Part shown: in pieces, positions 27,298-43,765 of the stretch
How positions within the stretch are numbered: position 1 is the first letter of the stretch
Layout of the letters: each line of letters opens with the position of its first letter
Source: the human T2T-CHM13v2.0 reference genome, Homo sapiens
Strand: one strand, 5' to 3'
Assembly (NCBI RefSeq): GCF_009914755.1
Contig: NC_060935.1
Length of the DNA: 64,000 bases
Notes under the pieces: model-generated
Seen by the model: only the letters and a program-made list of their open reading frames with translations
What the model was told of the DNA's origin: nothing
The model's database searches: none
Program-made: the position numbers and the translations under genes

Positions 27298-28630
27298 CTG
27301 TGAAAAAGAAAACACACAATTGAACTGTGTGCAACCTAGTCAATAGACCCAAAGGTGACTCTGAATGACCAGCAGACCATGTGTTTCCAGGGGTGGAGTA
27401 AGCTGTGTTGGTGAGAAGGAAAAGATGCAATGTCCCCTTGCCTGTGCTCTGTCACCTGTGAGATACTGACTCTTACGGCACCATGACTATCTCTGTGACT
27501 TTGGACAAGTTATTTAATCTCTCTAAGCCCCAGCGTGCTCATCTGCAAAATGGGAATCATATCACCTACCTTGCAGAGGTATTATAAGCACTATATGTAC
27601 TCATGTATGTATGTGTATGTGTTTGTATGCATAAATATATGGCATCCACACTCAGTGGGCTCTCGGGAAATGTGACCTTGAACTCATAGCCTTGCTGTGA
27701 GAAATAAGAAAATGCATGTGATAAGGACTTTATAACTCATACACATCTAAGTTGCCATTATAATTGTTCTGGGGATATCCACCCAGGTCTGCAAAGCCTC
27801 ACCCTCCTCTGTCTCTGAGGGCTGTGACAAAGGTGCATGCGGGCCAGAGAATAAATGGTAGGAGAGAGTGACCAGGGTTCTTCTCCACAGCAAGAACTTC
27901 TGATGGCTAGAATCACAGAGTGGCAAGAAAGCCCCAGCCGACACAGAGGCATCCTTTTGAGCAGCTCCTCGTCTGTGGCGTTCCCACAGCCAGGGCTCTC
28001 CAGCTATAGGCAGTCCCTGCATCTGCATGTCCACTCGATGCTGCTGTGGCTGCTGCTCTTGCTGGTAACTAAAGCTGGCCCCATCTGAAGTCCACACAAT
28101 GTAAATAATGCACAGGCCCTTTCCTGTGCTGGGGCGGGGAGGCCTGGGAGGGGTCCTACCAGCGTCACAGAACTTGGCAACAGAGATGCCATCAATAAGC
28201 TTCTCAGGAAACACAGCTTCCTCTCTTGAACGGGTGTGAAGGGACCCCAAGAGCAAAGGTAGGGGTCAGCCATCTCTGCAGGGGGCTGGTTCTCACCCCT
28301 AGGGAATGATATGAGTGCCTTCCTGTCAGGATGAGAAGACCCCATGGCCATGAAGTCAGCGGAGTCCAGAACACGGGACAAACAGCTGCAGGGATGTTTG
28401 ACACTTACAGTCCTTGTCACAACCCCACCCATCAGGCCCTTCCCTTAACTGTCATCTACAGCATACACATATGATTTAAATGATTTGGCAAAACTTGCCA
28501 AGTTTGTTTCTGACTCCTGGGTTTGTTGGGATATTATGTGAAATGCACATATTTTCATAAATTATAAACCAAACATTTTTCTATTTCAATGACTCACATT
28601 CTGCTTTTTTGCTGTAGAACACACCCACCT

Positions 28631-28953
28631 TATTTTTATTTTATTTATTTATTTTTGGGGACAGGGTCTCGCTCTGCTGCCCAGGCTGGAGTGCAGTGGC
28701 AGGATCACTGCAGAGGTGGCTTACTACAGCCTTGAACTCCTGGGTTCAAGCAATCCTCCTGCCTCAGCCACCAGAGTAGCTGGGACTATGGGTGCATGCC
28801 ACTATACCTGGCTAATTTTTTATTTTTATTTTTTGTAGAAACAGAGTTTCACTCTGTTGTCCAGGCTGGTCTTAAACTCTTGGCCTCAAGTGATCCTCTT
28901 GCCTTGAGCCTACAAAGTGCTAGGATTACAGGTGTATGAGCCACCACACCCAG
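28631..28953 (-). mobile_element. AluJ
   Basis: Reverse diverged Alu. Confidence 0.87.
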
Positions 28954-29139
28954 TTAGAACATACCCACCTTAAAAAAAAAGTGGGGGTCTGGGGGGAAAC
29001 TCTGAGGACTCAGAGAAGTATGATTTAGGCAGAGAAGCCACATGGTATGTCTGGTGTCTGATGCAGATAACTGTGCCTTACAAATGGGCATAGGTACCCG
29101 GGGGCAGAGCTGTGAGCCTCTAAAAGGACACAGCATCTT

Positions 29140-29600
29140 TTTTAAGTGACTATTTGTATATCTTCTCTGAAGAAATGTCTATTTAAATCCTTTCCCCATT
29201 TTGAAAAATTGGTTATTTATCTTTTTATTGAGTGTAAGGCTTCTTTATATGCTCTAGAAACAAGTTCCTTTTCAGATAAGTGATTTGCAAATATTTCATT
29301 CTGTGGGTTGCCTTTCACTTTCTTGACACTGTTTGCAGCACAGAAGTTTTTATTTTGAGGAAGTACTATTTATTTTTAAAATCTTGTCTCTTGTGTTTTT
29401 GGTGCCATATCTAAAAAACCCAAAGACATGAAGATTTACTTACATTTTTTCTTTGAAGAGTCTTATAGTGTTCTCTCTGACATTTAGGTCTATGATCCAT
29501 TATGAGTTAATTTGTGTGTTTTGTGTGAGGTAGGGGTCCAACTTCACTCTTTTGTATGTGGCTATCCAGTTGTCCCAGCACCGTTTGTTAAAATTACAAT
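29140..29600 (-). mobile_element. Old L1M ORF2 fragment
   Basis: gaagaaatgtctattt... and tatccagttgtcccagcacc motifs. Confidence 0.7.
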
Positions 29601-30251
29601 TTTTTTCCTCTGTAAATCTTACCAAAACCCTTGCATGAGTGGCTTTTTGTCATTTGTTATTTGCACATCTCAAATTATTACTTTATCACAGAGGCCTTTC
29701 CTTGACCTCCTACCCAATGCCCCACTCTCATGTCATTCTCTAGATGTGCCCTATTTTATGGTCTTTCTACCAACTTTACTCTTTCAAATCATTCATTTGG
29801 TTACTTAAATGTTATTTGTGCTTTGGGAGGCCGAGGTAGAATGATCACTTGAGGCCAGGAGTTCAAGATTATCTTGGGCAACATAGCAAGACCCTATCTC
29901 TACAAAAAAATATTTGAAAACTTAACTAGTCATGGGTAAATGGTGTATCTGGGATTGAAACCCATGTCTCCTGGCTCAAAGCCCATTCTCTGCTGCCATG
30001 AGCTTCTGGTGACCCTTATGCCTTCATGAACTGTGCTCACCTAAGAACCCCACCTGGCCTTTGAGTTGAAAACACCCAGCCTGGCCTTTCATTATTCTTT
30101 TTGTTTCGAATGCATTATCCCTATCTAGACAATTGGACTTTGGCCCTTCTGGGTTCAAGAATTAAGACTGGTGTTCCTCTGTGTCCCACCTAGAATCCAA
30201 CACAGGGGCCACTCGGTACAGGGTCTTCTGTAACCCACATCCTGATTTTAC

Positions 30252-30375
30252 CTTCCAGGGAGACTCCTGTGGACCCGCAGTTTGCGCAGCAGCACATCAG
30301 AAATATTAGGCATGACATCTAAGCCACTCTTTGACTCTTCTTCCTCAATAGCTGGGGAGAGTTCAGAAGGAAGCC
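30252..30375 (-). CDS. IRAG1: IRAG1 exon ~11 ([41 protein letters not shown])
   Basis: ttttcag|GG...AG|gtaaaa; 124 bp, phase 1-2. Confidence 0.95.
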
Positions 30376-33300
30376 CTGAAAAAAAAGTGCTTACTTATAA
30401 AATGTCTCTTTGAAATCACAGTAGTACTGTTGGCAGCTAGCTTCAGGAGCTTTGACATTTATAAGTATCTAGTTCTATGTTAAGGGCTTTTTAATTGTTA
30501 TCTTACATTATTCTCACAATGAGCTAGAACTTAGTCATCCCATTTCACATGTAGATAAGCCAAGGCTCAGCAAGGTTAAGTCACTTGCTCAAGATTACAG
30601 AACTAGCAAATGACATGGCCAGACCTCAAGGTCTACCTGCTTCAAATGTTATGTTCTTCCCTTTGCTTCCCACAGTATTAAGCTGGCAATTGGAAGCTGG
30701 TTGGCTCTTTGGCTATAATGTTTGGGAAAAAAACCTGCTCCTTGGCAGGCTTCTCAGGAGACCTGTTGTTCAATTATTCCTCCTCGGATAAATTAAAATG
30801 TTCTATATTATGTATCCTACTTAGAAATTAACATCTGATTCCATACCCCATAGATAAGAGATTTTCCAGAGTAAACCTAAGGTTGCTAGATCTTTTACAG
30901 ATCTCAGAAACATAAATGCCTCCTAGTCAACAGAGACAATGAACAGCTTTTTGTTTTTTAAACTTCTAAAACTATCTTGGGTCTGTGCTTTGAAGACAGA
31001 ATGAACAAACCAAGTATTCTCTTTTCCATAAATCTTTCTCCTGTTTGAAAACAGCTCCTGTGCCTCTCTAAAGCTTCTCTTCTCCAGACTCTAGCTCCAT
31101 TTTTCCAACAAGCTCACTGTGCTCCACTGTGGCCCATGGTCTCTAGATACCATCCCATTCCTGCACACATTCTGGTTTGTTGCTGTTACAGAGGCCCAGA
31201 TGTTCTCTAACAAGATCTTAGCACAGGAGGACTTTGGTAAATGTCCCTGGCATTGATGTTTGTTATTCATGCAGCATAGATTTTGTGTGCCTGACTACGG
31301 GCTTACAGTACACTTAGCATTAAGCAAAACTCTCAACCTCTTTAGTTGACCCAAATCAGTTATCCTCATCCTGTATAATGGTTACTTTCCATTTGCATGT
31401 AGAACTTCATATTTATCCATGTTTTACTCTTTCTCCTGGATTTTAACCTGGTAGCTTTCCGATCTGCTCAATCATTTTCCAGGATCCTAGGCTAGGCTAG
31501 AGACCAGGACTATAGGCATAGTTGTAGCCACCTGAAGAGTTAAGACTGGGAATCATGTGAATAGAAAGAAGTCTCACCAAAGGAGACCATGAAGAGACAA
31601 GAGGCTATCTAGTTTGGCTCAAGGTAAAATATGTTTAAATACTTTGAGCTTGCCAGTAAGAGAATGGTAGGCATGGATTCCTTGGTACTCAAGGTAGCCA
31701 AGTAAGCTGGAGGATCATCTGTCAGAGATGGGTCAGTCAGCAATTCTTCTTTGGATATGAGATTCAACTAGAAGTTCTCTTAGCTACCTGTTACCTCTCT
31801 GGTTCTGTCCTGGTATTTATAGCTCTCTGACAAGGTTTCTGTGGTAAACCTTGTGTCACCCCTGGCATCATTCTACCTTTATGTATGTATCCCTACCACA
31901 CTCAACAGAGAGTCAACTGAGTAGCAAGCTCCTGAGATATCTATAGGATGATCGAAACATATGAGGTCTAATAATCAAGTGAAATGCATATCAGGGTTTT
32001 TGCCTAGAAAAGTTTCCCAAAATGGTGCTTGAAGAGTAATGCCAGAATTGGTGGATTCTAGGAACCAACCACCTTCCTCCTGAATTCAACCAAATTAACA
32101 ACAAAAAATTTCAGAACAAATAAAAAATACACAAGAAACTCTAAGATACAAGAAAAGGCAATAGTCTTTAAAAATAGTGACTAGAGAAAGAATAAAAATT
32201 ACTAGGAATAAATGTAGAGCTTCCACCCATGATAACCCTTTCTTCTTCTCCAAAGAATCAGTACTGAAAGGAAGATGGGAGAGAAAAAATTCTTACAAAG
32301 AGTTCAATACCACAGAATAGAGAGGGAAAGGGATGGAGGGGGCAAGTAGGCAGTTGTCAGAGGAGATTCAGAAAGTTTCCCTAGAATAGAAGGTTCTCCA
32401 TTCCATCTTACCAGCATTTCGAAGAGAGAAAAAACTGCCTGGGCTGCCTGCCATTTTGCTTTTCTTACTGATGAGAAGAGAGGAAAGGCAGAATGATCGC
32501 ACAGAACACAGAGTGGATTTTCTTGAATGATATGAAGGGATTTACAAGGAAGGAAGACTAACGGTAAAGTAAATAAAACACGTCCCTCTGAAGGAGTGAA
32601 TGGCAGGAGACACATGGAAAGCCCCAACCACCATGTTCTCCCCCGACTCCTGAAAAACAGTGGCTAAACTCCTTGGATTTGCCGTTTTTTCCTTCCTTTC
32701 TTAGCAGAGGAGTAGCCGTTGGGAAGCATTGGGTCAAGTCTGGAAAATAAACCTACGGACAGCTTGTCTCTACAATTCCAACCTAAATTGGTGAAACAAT
32801 CTGAAACCCACTACTAACCACCTCCAAAGGAATAAGATATGCCCCCGATTTGGTATAACAAACTCACGTTTTGGACTATGAACAGAGTTACGGAAAAAGA
32901 GAAGAAACCAATTCTACAAACAGCTCTATCTTAACTTCCCCTTTTCCCCACCACCTAAGCAGTAACAAAACAAACACAAAATATACAATCCTCAACTAAA
33001 GCACTAAAGGGAAGGCTAAGAGATCCCAGCTAAGGTAGGAAGGAGTCAACAAAAACTAACCTACAATACAATATATCTAGGGAAAGGGAATCAAGGTAGA
33101 AATATACAAATCAGAAAAAAATAAAAGGAAAACAGATGGCATGGCAACTATACAAAAATACTATAGACAAAAGAGGAAGGAAGGTAGAAAGGAAGGAAAA
33201 GGGAAATGTGCAAGAGACAGATGTCAGGATGGAAACATAGTTGCAAGAAACACATCAAAAAATGCAAAAGTATGCTTCTGTGCAAAATATATACCATAAA

Positions 33301-34300
33301 TACTTTGACTCTAGAAAAAATAACCTGAAAAAAAATTAAGAAATTAGAGTTGGGATGAGAAGATCATGCAAAGATGGAAGATGATTGCTATTTAAGGAAA
33401 CAAATTAAAGACCAAAATAAAAGGACTAATCAAGAAATTGGGAAATATACAACCAACCAATTTATTGGAAAAATGAAGGAATAAAGCAGATATAGCTTCA
33501 AGCTGAATTAGAGGAGGGTGGTAGAGATTGAGTAATCATAACGAATGCAAAGAAGGAAAGAAAGATTGAAGTATATGGAGATAAAATAATGGACCTGGAG
33601 TTGAGACTCTGATGACCCATCTATGCATTATGTTGTCTCCGAAGCAGTGAACAAAACAAATGGAACAAAGGACATATTCAAAGATATAACAGAAGAAAAA
33701 TGTTCCTCACTTGAGGGGAAAGTTGAACCCTTCAGGTTGACAGACCGCATCATGTTAAAAAATATATTTAAATGCTTCATACAAAAAAAAAAAAAAACCC
33801 AGACATCTACATGGGAAAGTGAAGATTAAGAGGTGCTGGAAATCAGCTGGTCCCAGCTTTCTCCATAACTTTAAATACAGGGGAGCAACATCTACGCAGT
33901 TCCAAGGAAAACAGTCAACCAAGAATTTTGTAACCACACAAGCTGTCCTTCAAGAAAAGACAAAATTTTCAAATGTGACAGAACTCAGGGAACACAGCAC
34001 CTCTGAACTCTTTCAGGAAAATTGTTGGAAAACAAAATCCAGCTAAACAAGACATAAATCGAATAAATTTGGGAAAGGGACCAGTGGTGAACATGAAATC
34101 TTTTTACATTTAAGTCTAAGGCTAAATAACTGTGGAAACCATGGTTACAGAATATGGAATGTAAATGTTATAACCTTAATGATGTACAAAGAAGAATTCA
34201 AGATGTGTAGAGGTAGAAATGGAAATGTAGGAAGAAATGTGAAGGTGGGAAGATATTCGGCCATTCTCATCTTTTCCTGCAGGAAGTCAGTAGGTACCAT

Positions 34301-34832
34301 TGTAGTGACTAAATGTTCTTATCTTCCGTATTCTTGATGTTCTGTCACTTGGTGCCTTAATCCTGGAGTGACAGCCCCTCTCAAGGCTAGCTAATTCCTA
34401 GAAACAACTCTCCTTCAAGTGTGTCTTTGAAATACAAACCAGCCAATCCAGAACCCACACCTGTAAACATCACCTTTATCAAATTCTCACGCACCAAGCC
34501 AATACTCCCCCTAAATCACCCCAGGGCCAGTACCTGACAACTACGGGCCACCCTATAGCCTAGGTCCTGCCAAAATTATTCAAACTAGCCAACCCTAAAC
34601 ATACTGAGGATACCTACCCTGCCTCTACCTTTCCTTTCCAAGAAAACCCCAGTAAAGGCTTGGGGCCATCTCTCCCCTCACCACTTCTGCCTTCTGACCC
34701 ACCCTAGCCCTTCCCCAAGGGGCTCTGTATGATGTGCCACACATCCTGCTATTAGGGATCTGTGAGTATAAACCTATTCCTTCATGAGAATCATTTGTGG
34801 GTCTCTGTGTCATACCATACCTGATTAAAACA
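34301..34832 (+). mobile_element. ERV solo LTR (MER21/MER34/MER39-like)
   Basis: TG...CA ends and LTR-like composition; family uncertain. Confidence 0.5.
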
Positions 34833-34891
34833 AATGCCAGGTCCAAAGTTTAGATTAAATTTAAAACCTATAATGCAAAAAAACTACCTCA

Positions 34892-36462
<1,571 letters not shown>

Positions 36463-36466
36463 GTAA

Positions 36467-36777
<311 letters not shown>

Positions 36778-36857
36778 GTATATTACTAAGTGAAAAAAGC
36801 AAGGTTTGGAACACCTTGTATAATATACTATCATTTATGTTTAAAAAATCCACTTTT

Positions 36858-37140
<283 letters not shown>

Positions 37141-37411
37141 GAAAAATCCACTTTTACATATATGTCTATATTTAGAAATGCTTGGAATATATCTAGAAGT
37201 TACACTAAAACATAGTGACAGTGGTTGCCTCTGCTACTGGGGGACAGAGATGTAATGAGACTTACTTTTTCCTATGTCTCATTTTGTACTTTTTGAATTT
37301 TGTACTATGGACATGATTATTTATAAAAATTGAATTAAAACTCATACCAAAGCAAAAACAAAAAACAAAAAACAAAAAACAAAAAACTACCTCAGTAACT
37401 CCAAACCCTTT

Positions 37412-38356
37412 ATGCATTTCATAATACATTTTTTATACTTTTAGAAACCAATTTCTCTTCTTTGGAGGAAGCAGTTACCAAAATTCAGCAAGTCTTATAG
37501 TTTCACTTCAAGTTCAATTAAATTCTAATAGTTTTAATTTCAAACAAGTATATCTAGTATAATCTCCCTCTTTTTCCCTTCCTCCTTCTGTATTAGTGGG
37601 GAAGGAGGTGTTTAGTGTAAGCTATTTTTACTTTCTTCCTTGTATTTTTCACTATTGGTTGAATTTTTAGATATGAACATAAGCCACTTTCAACAAAAAG
37701 TAATAAATTTATTTTCAAATATATCTCCCAGGACTAGCTCATTCCAATGAAAATATTTGTTTCTGACCATGTCAGGGACTTGGAAAAATTACTTTTGGAG
37801 CTCTGAAAGATGCTCTGAGTCCCAGGATGGTTCCTAAAAGTCAAAGCTGCTAGTTGGGGATAAACTTTTTTTACCTCTTTCTTCTCAGGGAGGCCTCTTT
37901 CCTGCCCAAGACCTGAGGCTCTGAGTCTAGACTGGGGGTTTTGGAAGGACTGTCCATTCGATGTACTTCTCTGCCTCAGCCTACGTGTCCCTCAAAATCC
38001 AGGTCCAGATAGCCAACTACCTTCTAGACGTTGCCACCTGGTTAAGGAGAATAAAAATCATTTCAAGAGCCACCATTTACTGAACATCAACTATGCAGTA
38101 GATACACTTTGTCATTTCTTACAATAGTACTGCAAATAAAAAATAGCTTAAACACCTCCTTCCCCACAAATACAGAAGGAGCAAGGGAAAAAGAGGGAGA
38201 TTATACTAGATATACTTTTTTGAAATTAAAAGTATTAGAGTTTAATTGAACTTGAAGTGAAGTGAAACTGTAGGACCTGCTGAATTTTGGTAATTGCTTC
38301 CTCCAAAGAAGAGAAATTGGTTTCTGAAAGTACAAAGAATGTATTATGAAATGCAT
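37412..38356. repeat. Inverted duplication, arms 37412-37630 and 38138-38356
   Basis: Manual alignment: about 12 substitutions plus two 5-bp indels. Confidence 0.93.
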
Positions 38357-41300
38357 TTTCTGGAGAAACTGAAGCTCAGCTGAGTTAAAGTGATTTACTA
38401 GGGTCCAGCTTATCAGCAGTACAGCCAGAATGCAAAACCAGGTTTGTCTGTTGCATTCAAGCTGCTTTCCGTGGGCATTTGACATGTCCAAACTCAAATT
38501 CACTGTCTTCCTTCTCAAGCAAACTCCTCCTCCTGTCTCACAATTCATCACCCTCACAACCATGCAGACAGGTGCCTGGTGGTATTCCTGGTCTGCCTCT
38601 CAACTCCATCTCCTCATCAAGTCCTGACAAGCTGATCTCCAATAGCTGTCAAACTATCCTGTCCACATTTACTACCACCTCATTACCTCTCACCAGGCTA
38701 TTTCCCTATCCTTTTACCTGGTGTCTCCCTGTCTCCAGCCTCTCCTGTTTCAGGCCAGCTCTCACAATCTGTCCAGAAGAATTATTCTAAAATATAGATT
38801 TGATCCTGATGCTTCCTTACCTGCAGGCTTCTCTTTCCAAAGTGTCCTAAATGAAATTCAAACTCATTAATTGGCCTTCAAAGCCTTCAATTTCCTTGGT
38901 CTCAGCCCACTGTTCCCACCTTGTTGCCCATCTCTCTGGGACGTGTAGCTCACACTTAGTTCACATGACATTCCTTCTGTTCCTGAAGTATGCCAAGCAC
39001 TAGAAGATGCCTACATGCTTTTGCTTCTGCTGTCCCCCTGCTTGGGATGACTTTCTCTTCCCCAGCTCAAGGTGGCTCCTCCTGAAAACCTTCCCTGACT
39101 CAACCCCACTGAGCTAGCTGCTTCTTCCTCTTTGTTCCCAGGTACTTTATGGCCTGTTAAAGTTTTATCACAATTTATCGTAGTGACTTTGTCTATTCTT
39201 ATGTTTCCTCTCCTAGACAGTGAGCTTATTCGTTCATACATTTGTTTAATGTTTATTGAGTGTTTACTATGTCCCTGGCAATGAGCTGGGAGCTAAGGAT
39301 ACAATGCTAAGCAAAACTGACATGCCACATCCTCTGGAGCTCATTATTCAGGGGAACAGAGATTAATCAGAGAAACATCCAAACAATTTCACACTGAGAG
39401 ATTTTACAAAGGAGAAGGGATCCGAAGGTACCAGCAAACCCTTCCCAAGAAAAGTGACATGAGCAGATATCTAAAGATTGAGTTGGGAGTTCATTAGGCA
39501 AAGAGGGAGAGAGGAAGAACATTCCATGCAGAAGACAGAATGTGCCATGCGTAAGAAGAGGAAAGAATGAGCTGCCGAAGGCAGGCCAAAATATTGTGAG
39601 TGAGAGTGAGTGTGGCCCTAGAATATGCTGGGGAAGTGGGTGGGGTTAACTATTCAGGGCCTTGTAGGTTCTACTGAGGATTCAAGTGCTCTTCCTAAGA
39701 GCAGAATGAAGCCTCTGAAGATGCTGAAACAGATTTGCCTTCTAGAGATCCCTGCGGCTGCTGTGTTGGCCATGGTGTGAGCTGGGTTGGGGGTTGGGAG
39801 TGCAGGGAGAGGGGACCAGGTTGCAGGCTGTTGAGTTAGCCAAGGGGACTGATAATGGTAGCTGGGACAAGGCCTTCTCCCTGATGGTGGGGCCTGAACC
39901 CTTTTCACTTAATGCATCCCCAGCACACAGCCTAAGAACTGGCCCACAGTCAGTCTCACATATTTGGCTTGAAATAACCTGCAACTGATCAAAGATCAAA
40001 ACAGCATACAATATAGTTCCTGAGAAGGGAACTGATTGGGTTGTTGGAAAGACTAGATGCAGCACAGAAATGAGCCTCCCAGTCCTCACAAACTGAAGGA
40101 GAGCCAAAATTCTTCAGACTCCAGAATGTTCTGATAAGTATCTTTTCCCATTTCTCAAAGGAACAGCCAACAACCATCATAAGAGACTGGATTTTTCCCC
40201 ATGAGTTCATATGCAGGGCTGTATTTAGTGCCTATAAATACAATCTGAGCCAGCTCTCATAAAATGCTCCCAAAGCCTTTTATCCTGGGTATGGGAGGGG
40301 ACGGGGCTCTTTGATGGGGCTTTCAGAATATAAGAAAAGAAAGTCACAAGTCTGCAAGTATTCATTAAACACGGAGGGTTGCCCACCACATCTCTAGCAC
40401 TGTGGAGCACAGTGTACAAGAATATCCCATTTGGTTGGCAAGATAGAGTTCTACAACCTAAATGACAGAAATGAAAATGTATGCCAGGTTCCTGCTGGAA
40501 TAAAGACCAGTATCACATGCAAACATTACAGCAGCTTAGTGAAGTAGGTACTGTTATTAACCTCCTTTAAAAGATGAACAAACTGAAGCGTGGAGAGAAT
40601 TAGAACCTTGACCAAGGCTATGCAGCTGGTAAGTGATGAAGTCTGAGCTCTTAAGCATCCAGACCCTAGAACTGAGAGAAAATGAGAGGGAGTGTATATT
40701 GTTGGACACTGACCATGGTTAATTTTATTTTTAAAATTTGGTGCTTATAGGAGTCACATTCATTTGCCTGATAATTTTACTTCTAAGATCCATCTTATGC
40801 CCTATTAATATTGGATAATAAAGTTTTGCTGTAGGTAGTGGATGTCTAAATTGGTATAATTTTGTAAGCTAATCTGGCAGTGTGCACATATACATTTAAA
40901 AGTAAATACTTTTAACCAATCAATTGCAAGTCTAGAATAGTAGCCCATGGAAAAAACAGATTTCTATAAAGATCTATGTAAGATAGTATTCATTATAACA
41001 GTGTTTTTAATAGAGAAAAAAAGTGGAAATATTATTACAACTGGGGAGAAGTAGTATTTTTATAATGATTGAAATAATAGAAGACTTCTCAAAGGGAAAG
41101 ATAGGCAAACATGATTATGTAAAATCTTTACAATTCCTCTAAAATAACACAAAACGTATTAAAAAGCAAAAAAAAGATTGAATGAAAATATATTAAAATA
41201 CAGCCCCCCCAAAAGAAAGAAAGCCAATTAAGGGCTAATATCTATAATGTATCAAGTTTACATATATTACCAACAAAAACCAAACAAATCAACGAAAAAC

Positions 41301-42629
41301 CCCAGACCTAAATGGGTACACGGGCAAAGATGTAAGAAGTTAAGTCACCCAGTAAGAAAACAAAGTGACTATTTTAACATTTTAAGTTTGAGCTTCCTAG
41401 CAAATTAATTGAAATAATAATGAAATTTCACACTAATAATAATAAACTTAAAACAATGACAATTATTGATTATTCTTACTATATTCTGAATAATAAGGAG
41501 CAGAAGCAAACACCAGCACGGGTAATGCGTAAGAGAAAGATGTCCATTCAGTCTTTGTCAGTAGCGTTATTCATTGTAAGTAATTTGGGAAATGCAAATG
41601 TTTCTACTCTTTAACCTTGTGATTCTCAAGTCTGAACACTTATCTCAAGGGAATGATTTAAAGGAAGAAAAAAGAACAACTAACGGTCCATAATTGTTTA
41701 TACTAGCATTGTTAATCCTAGTTCAAAGAACAATAGATAGGTCAATACAAGAGGAACTATGCACCCATTAAATCATAACTGAGGAGAAATTGCTGAGTAT
41801 AAAATAACAAGTAAAAAAAAGAAGCTGTATCTATTCATCAAATCAACTGAAAACATTATAAATATGGGCAAATATTGCAAAGAAGAAAAATTGTTAGTTT
41901 TTCAGAATTGATGGGGTTGTGGGTGAAATTTTAAAGTGTTTTTTCCAGTGTTTTAAATATGCTTTAGTAAATTTAAAATTATAATTAGAGAAGTATATGC
42001 TGCATTTTCAAAAGATCTCTTTAAAGATGGTTATTTAAAATATTTTGCCCTTGGGAAAAAACACTGTTTGAAATTTTACTTCTGGGAACCTTCTTATTAA
42101 TGCTGAATAAATAGGTAGGTGTAAGTTACTACAGTTCAGACCAGGGGCTTCCACCATTGTTAGTGACATCCTGGACACATTCACCCAAGAATCCATAGGG
42201 CTCTTATGCTGAGACTGGCCCCCAGCAGCTTGAAGCGGGGCAAGGATTTTCAAATGGTGCTCTGTGAAGCCTGGGTCCCTGGAGGTACCTTGGGCCCACA
42301 GTCTCAGAAGATGAAGGATCCAAGCCCTTCTATCCCCTTCAACCAGAGCAGCCCCATTTGCATCTCCCCAACACGCTGGCCTCCTACAGATCAGCTTGTC
42401 TGAAATGTTGTGCAGCTTAAAAAAAGTTTTAAAACTGTTCATGAGATGGCCAAACCATGAGATTTGGAGTCAGGAGATCCTTGGGCCTCAGTTTCCTCAA
42501 CTATAAGAGTAAGAATCCCTGCCCCTCTTAGCTGACTGGGAAGATTACATAAAATCAGAGGTAACAAAATGGTTTATACTGTGGAAAATGCTATGGGAAG
42601 TTTATTAATTAAGATTGAATTAAAAGGAC

Positions 42630-42962
42630 TAGGTGACACGGATGAACCTTGAAGATGTTTTACTAATTGAAATGAGCTCGACACAAAAGGACAGATACTG
42701 TATGATTCCATTTCTAGGAGGGATCTAGAAGAGTCAAATACATAGAGACAGAAAGTAGAAGGTGATCACCAGGGGCTGGGGAGGGAGGGAATAAAGACTT
42801 ATTGTTTTAATGAGTATGGCATTTCAGTTTGCAATGATGAAAACGTTCTAGAAATGGATAGTGGTGATGGCTTCATAATATGAATGTACTTACTGCCACT
42901 CAACTGTATACTTAAAAATGGCTAAAATGGCAAGTTGAATGTTATATATATTTACAATAAAA
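42630..42962 (+). mobile_element. L1M (MB-like) 3' end
   Basis: ggatgaaccttgaa...acaaaaggacagatactgtatgattcc...aataaa. Confidence 0.75.
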
Positions 42963-43339
42963 AATAGTCCCCCACCCCCTCTGAAAAAGGGAGTACTATA
43001 TAGAGTAAAATACAAAAGAAAGTCAAGAAAGTAGAAGATTGCAGAGCTGGTGGGACTAACCCACTGCTTTAAGGAACAGGTACCATATGACTCAGAGAGG
43101 AGGGAGATAGCCCAGCAGGAGGGAGATGCCGCGGGGACAGAGGCACAGAGGCTAGAGGGTGAGTGGCCACAGAGAAGAGGCTCTGGGAAGAGGGAAGAGC
43201 CAGGAGCCTGGCCTGTTGGAAACACTCATCTCTCTCCACTCACCCATGCCTCTTTGCCCACCTCATGGCACTATGGTTACAGTTACAAATTATTTTCATG
43301 TACCTATCTCAATGCTCCTGCCACATCTTTTTAAAAATG

Positions 43340-43610
43340 TTTCTTTTGAGACAGGATCTCACTCTGTACCCCAGAGCGAGACCCTAGAGTACAGTGGCAC
43401 GATCACAGTTCACTGCAGCCTTGACCTCCCAGGCTCAAGCGATCCTCCCACCTCAGCCTCCCGGGTAGCTGGGACTACAGGTGTGTGTCACCATGCCCAG
43501 GTAATTTTTGTATTTTTTGTAGAGATGGGGCTTCGTCATGCTGCCCAGACTGGTCTCAAAGTCCTCAGCTCAAGCAAGCCACCTCCCTCCCAAAGTGCTG
43601 GGATTACAGG
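43340..43610 (-). mobile_element. AluJ
   Basis: Reverse Alu flanked by the repeat ctgccacatct. Confidence 0.85.
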
Positions 43611-43707
43611 TTCACCTAGCCCCCTGCCACATCTCATACAATTTCATTCGTTCATTCAACAAATACCTATGCAGGCCCTAGTAGTGCCAGGCATTGTTGT
43701 AAGCAGT

Positions 43708-43710
<3 letters not shown>

Positions 43711-43763
<53 letters not shown>
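43711..43763. repeat. (CA)n microsatellite
   Basis: About 26 perfect units. Confidence 0.95.

Positions 43764-43765
<2 letters not shown>

Noticed and set aside
27747-28432. Overlapping 169-aa and 142-aa minus-strand ORFs
   Set aside because: No recognisable homology, no fitting splice phases, and IRAG1 is complete without them
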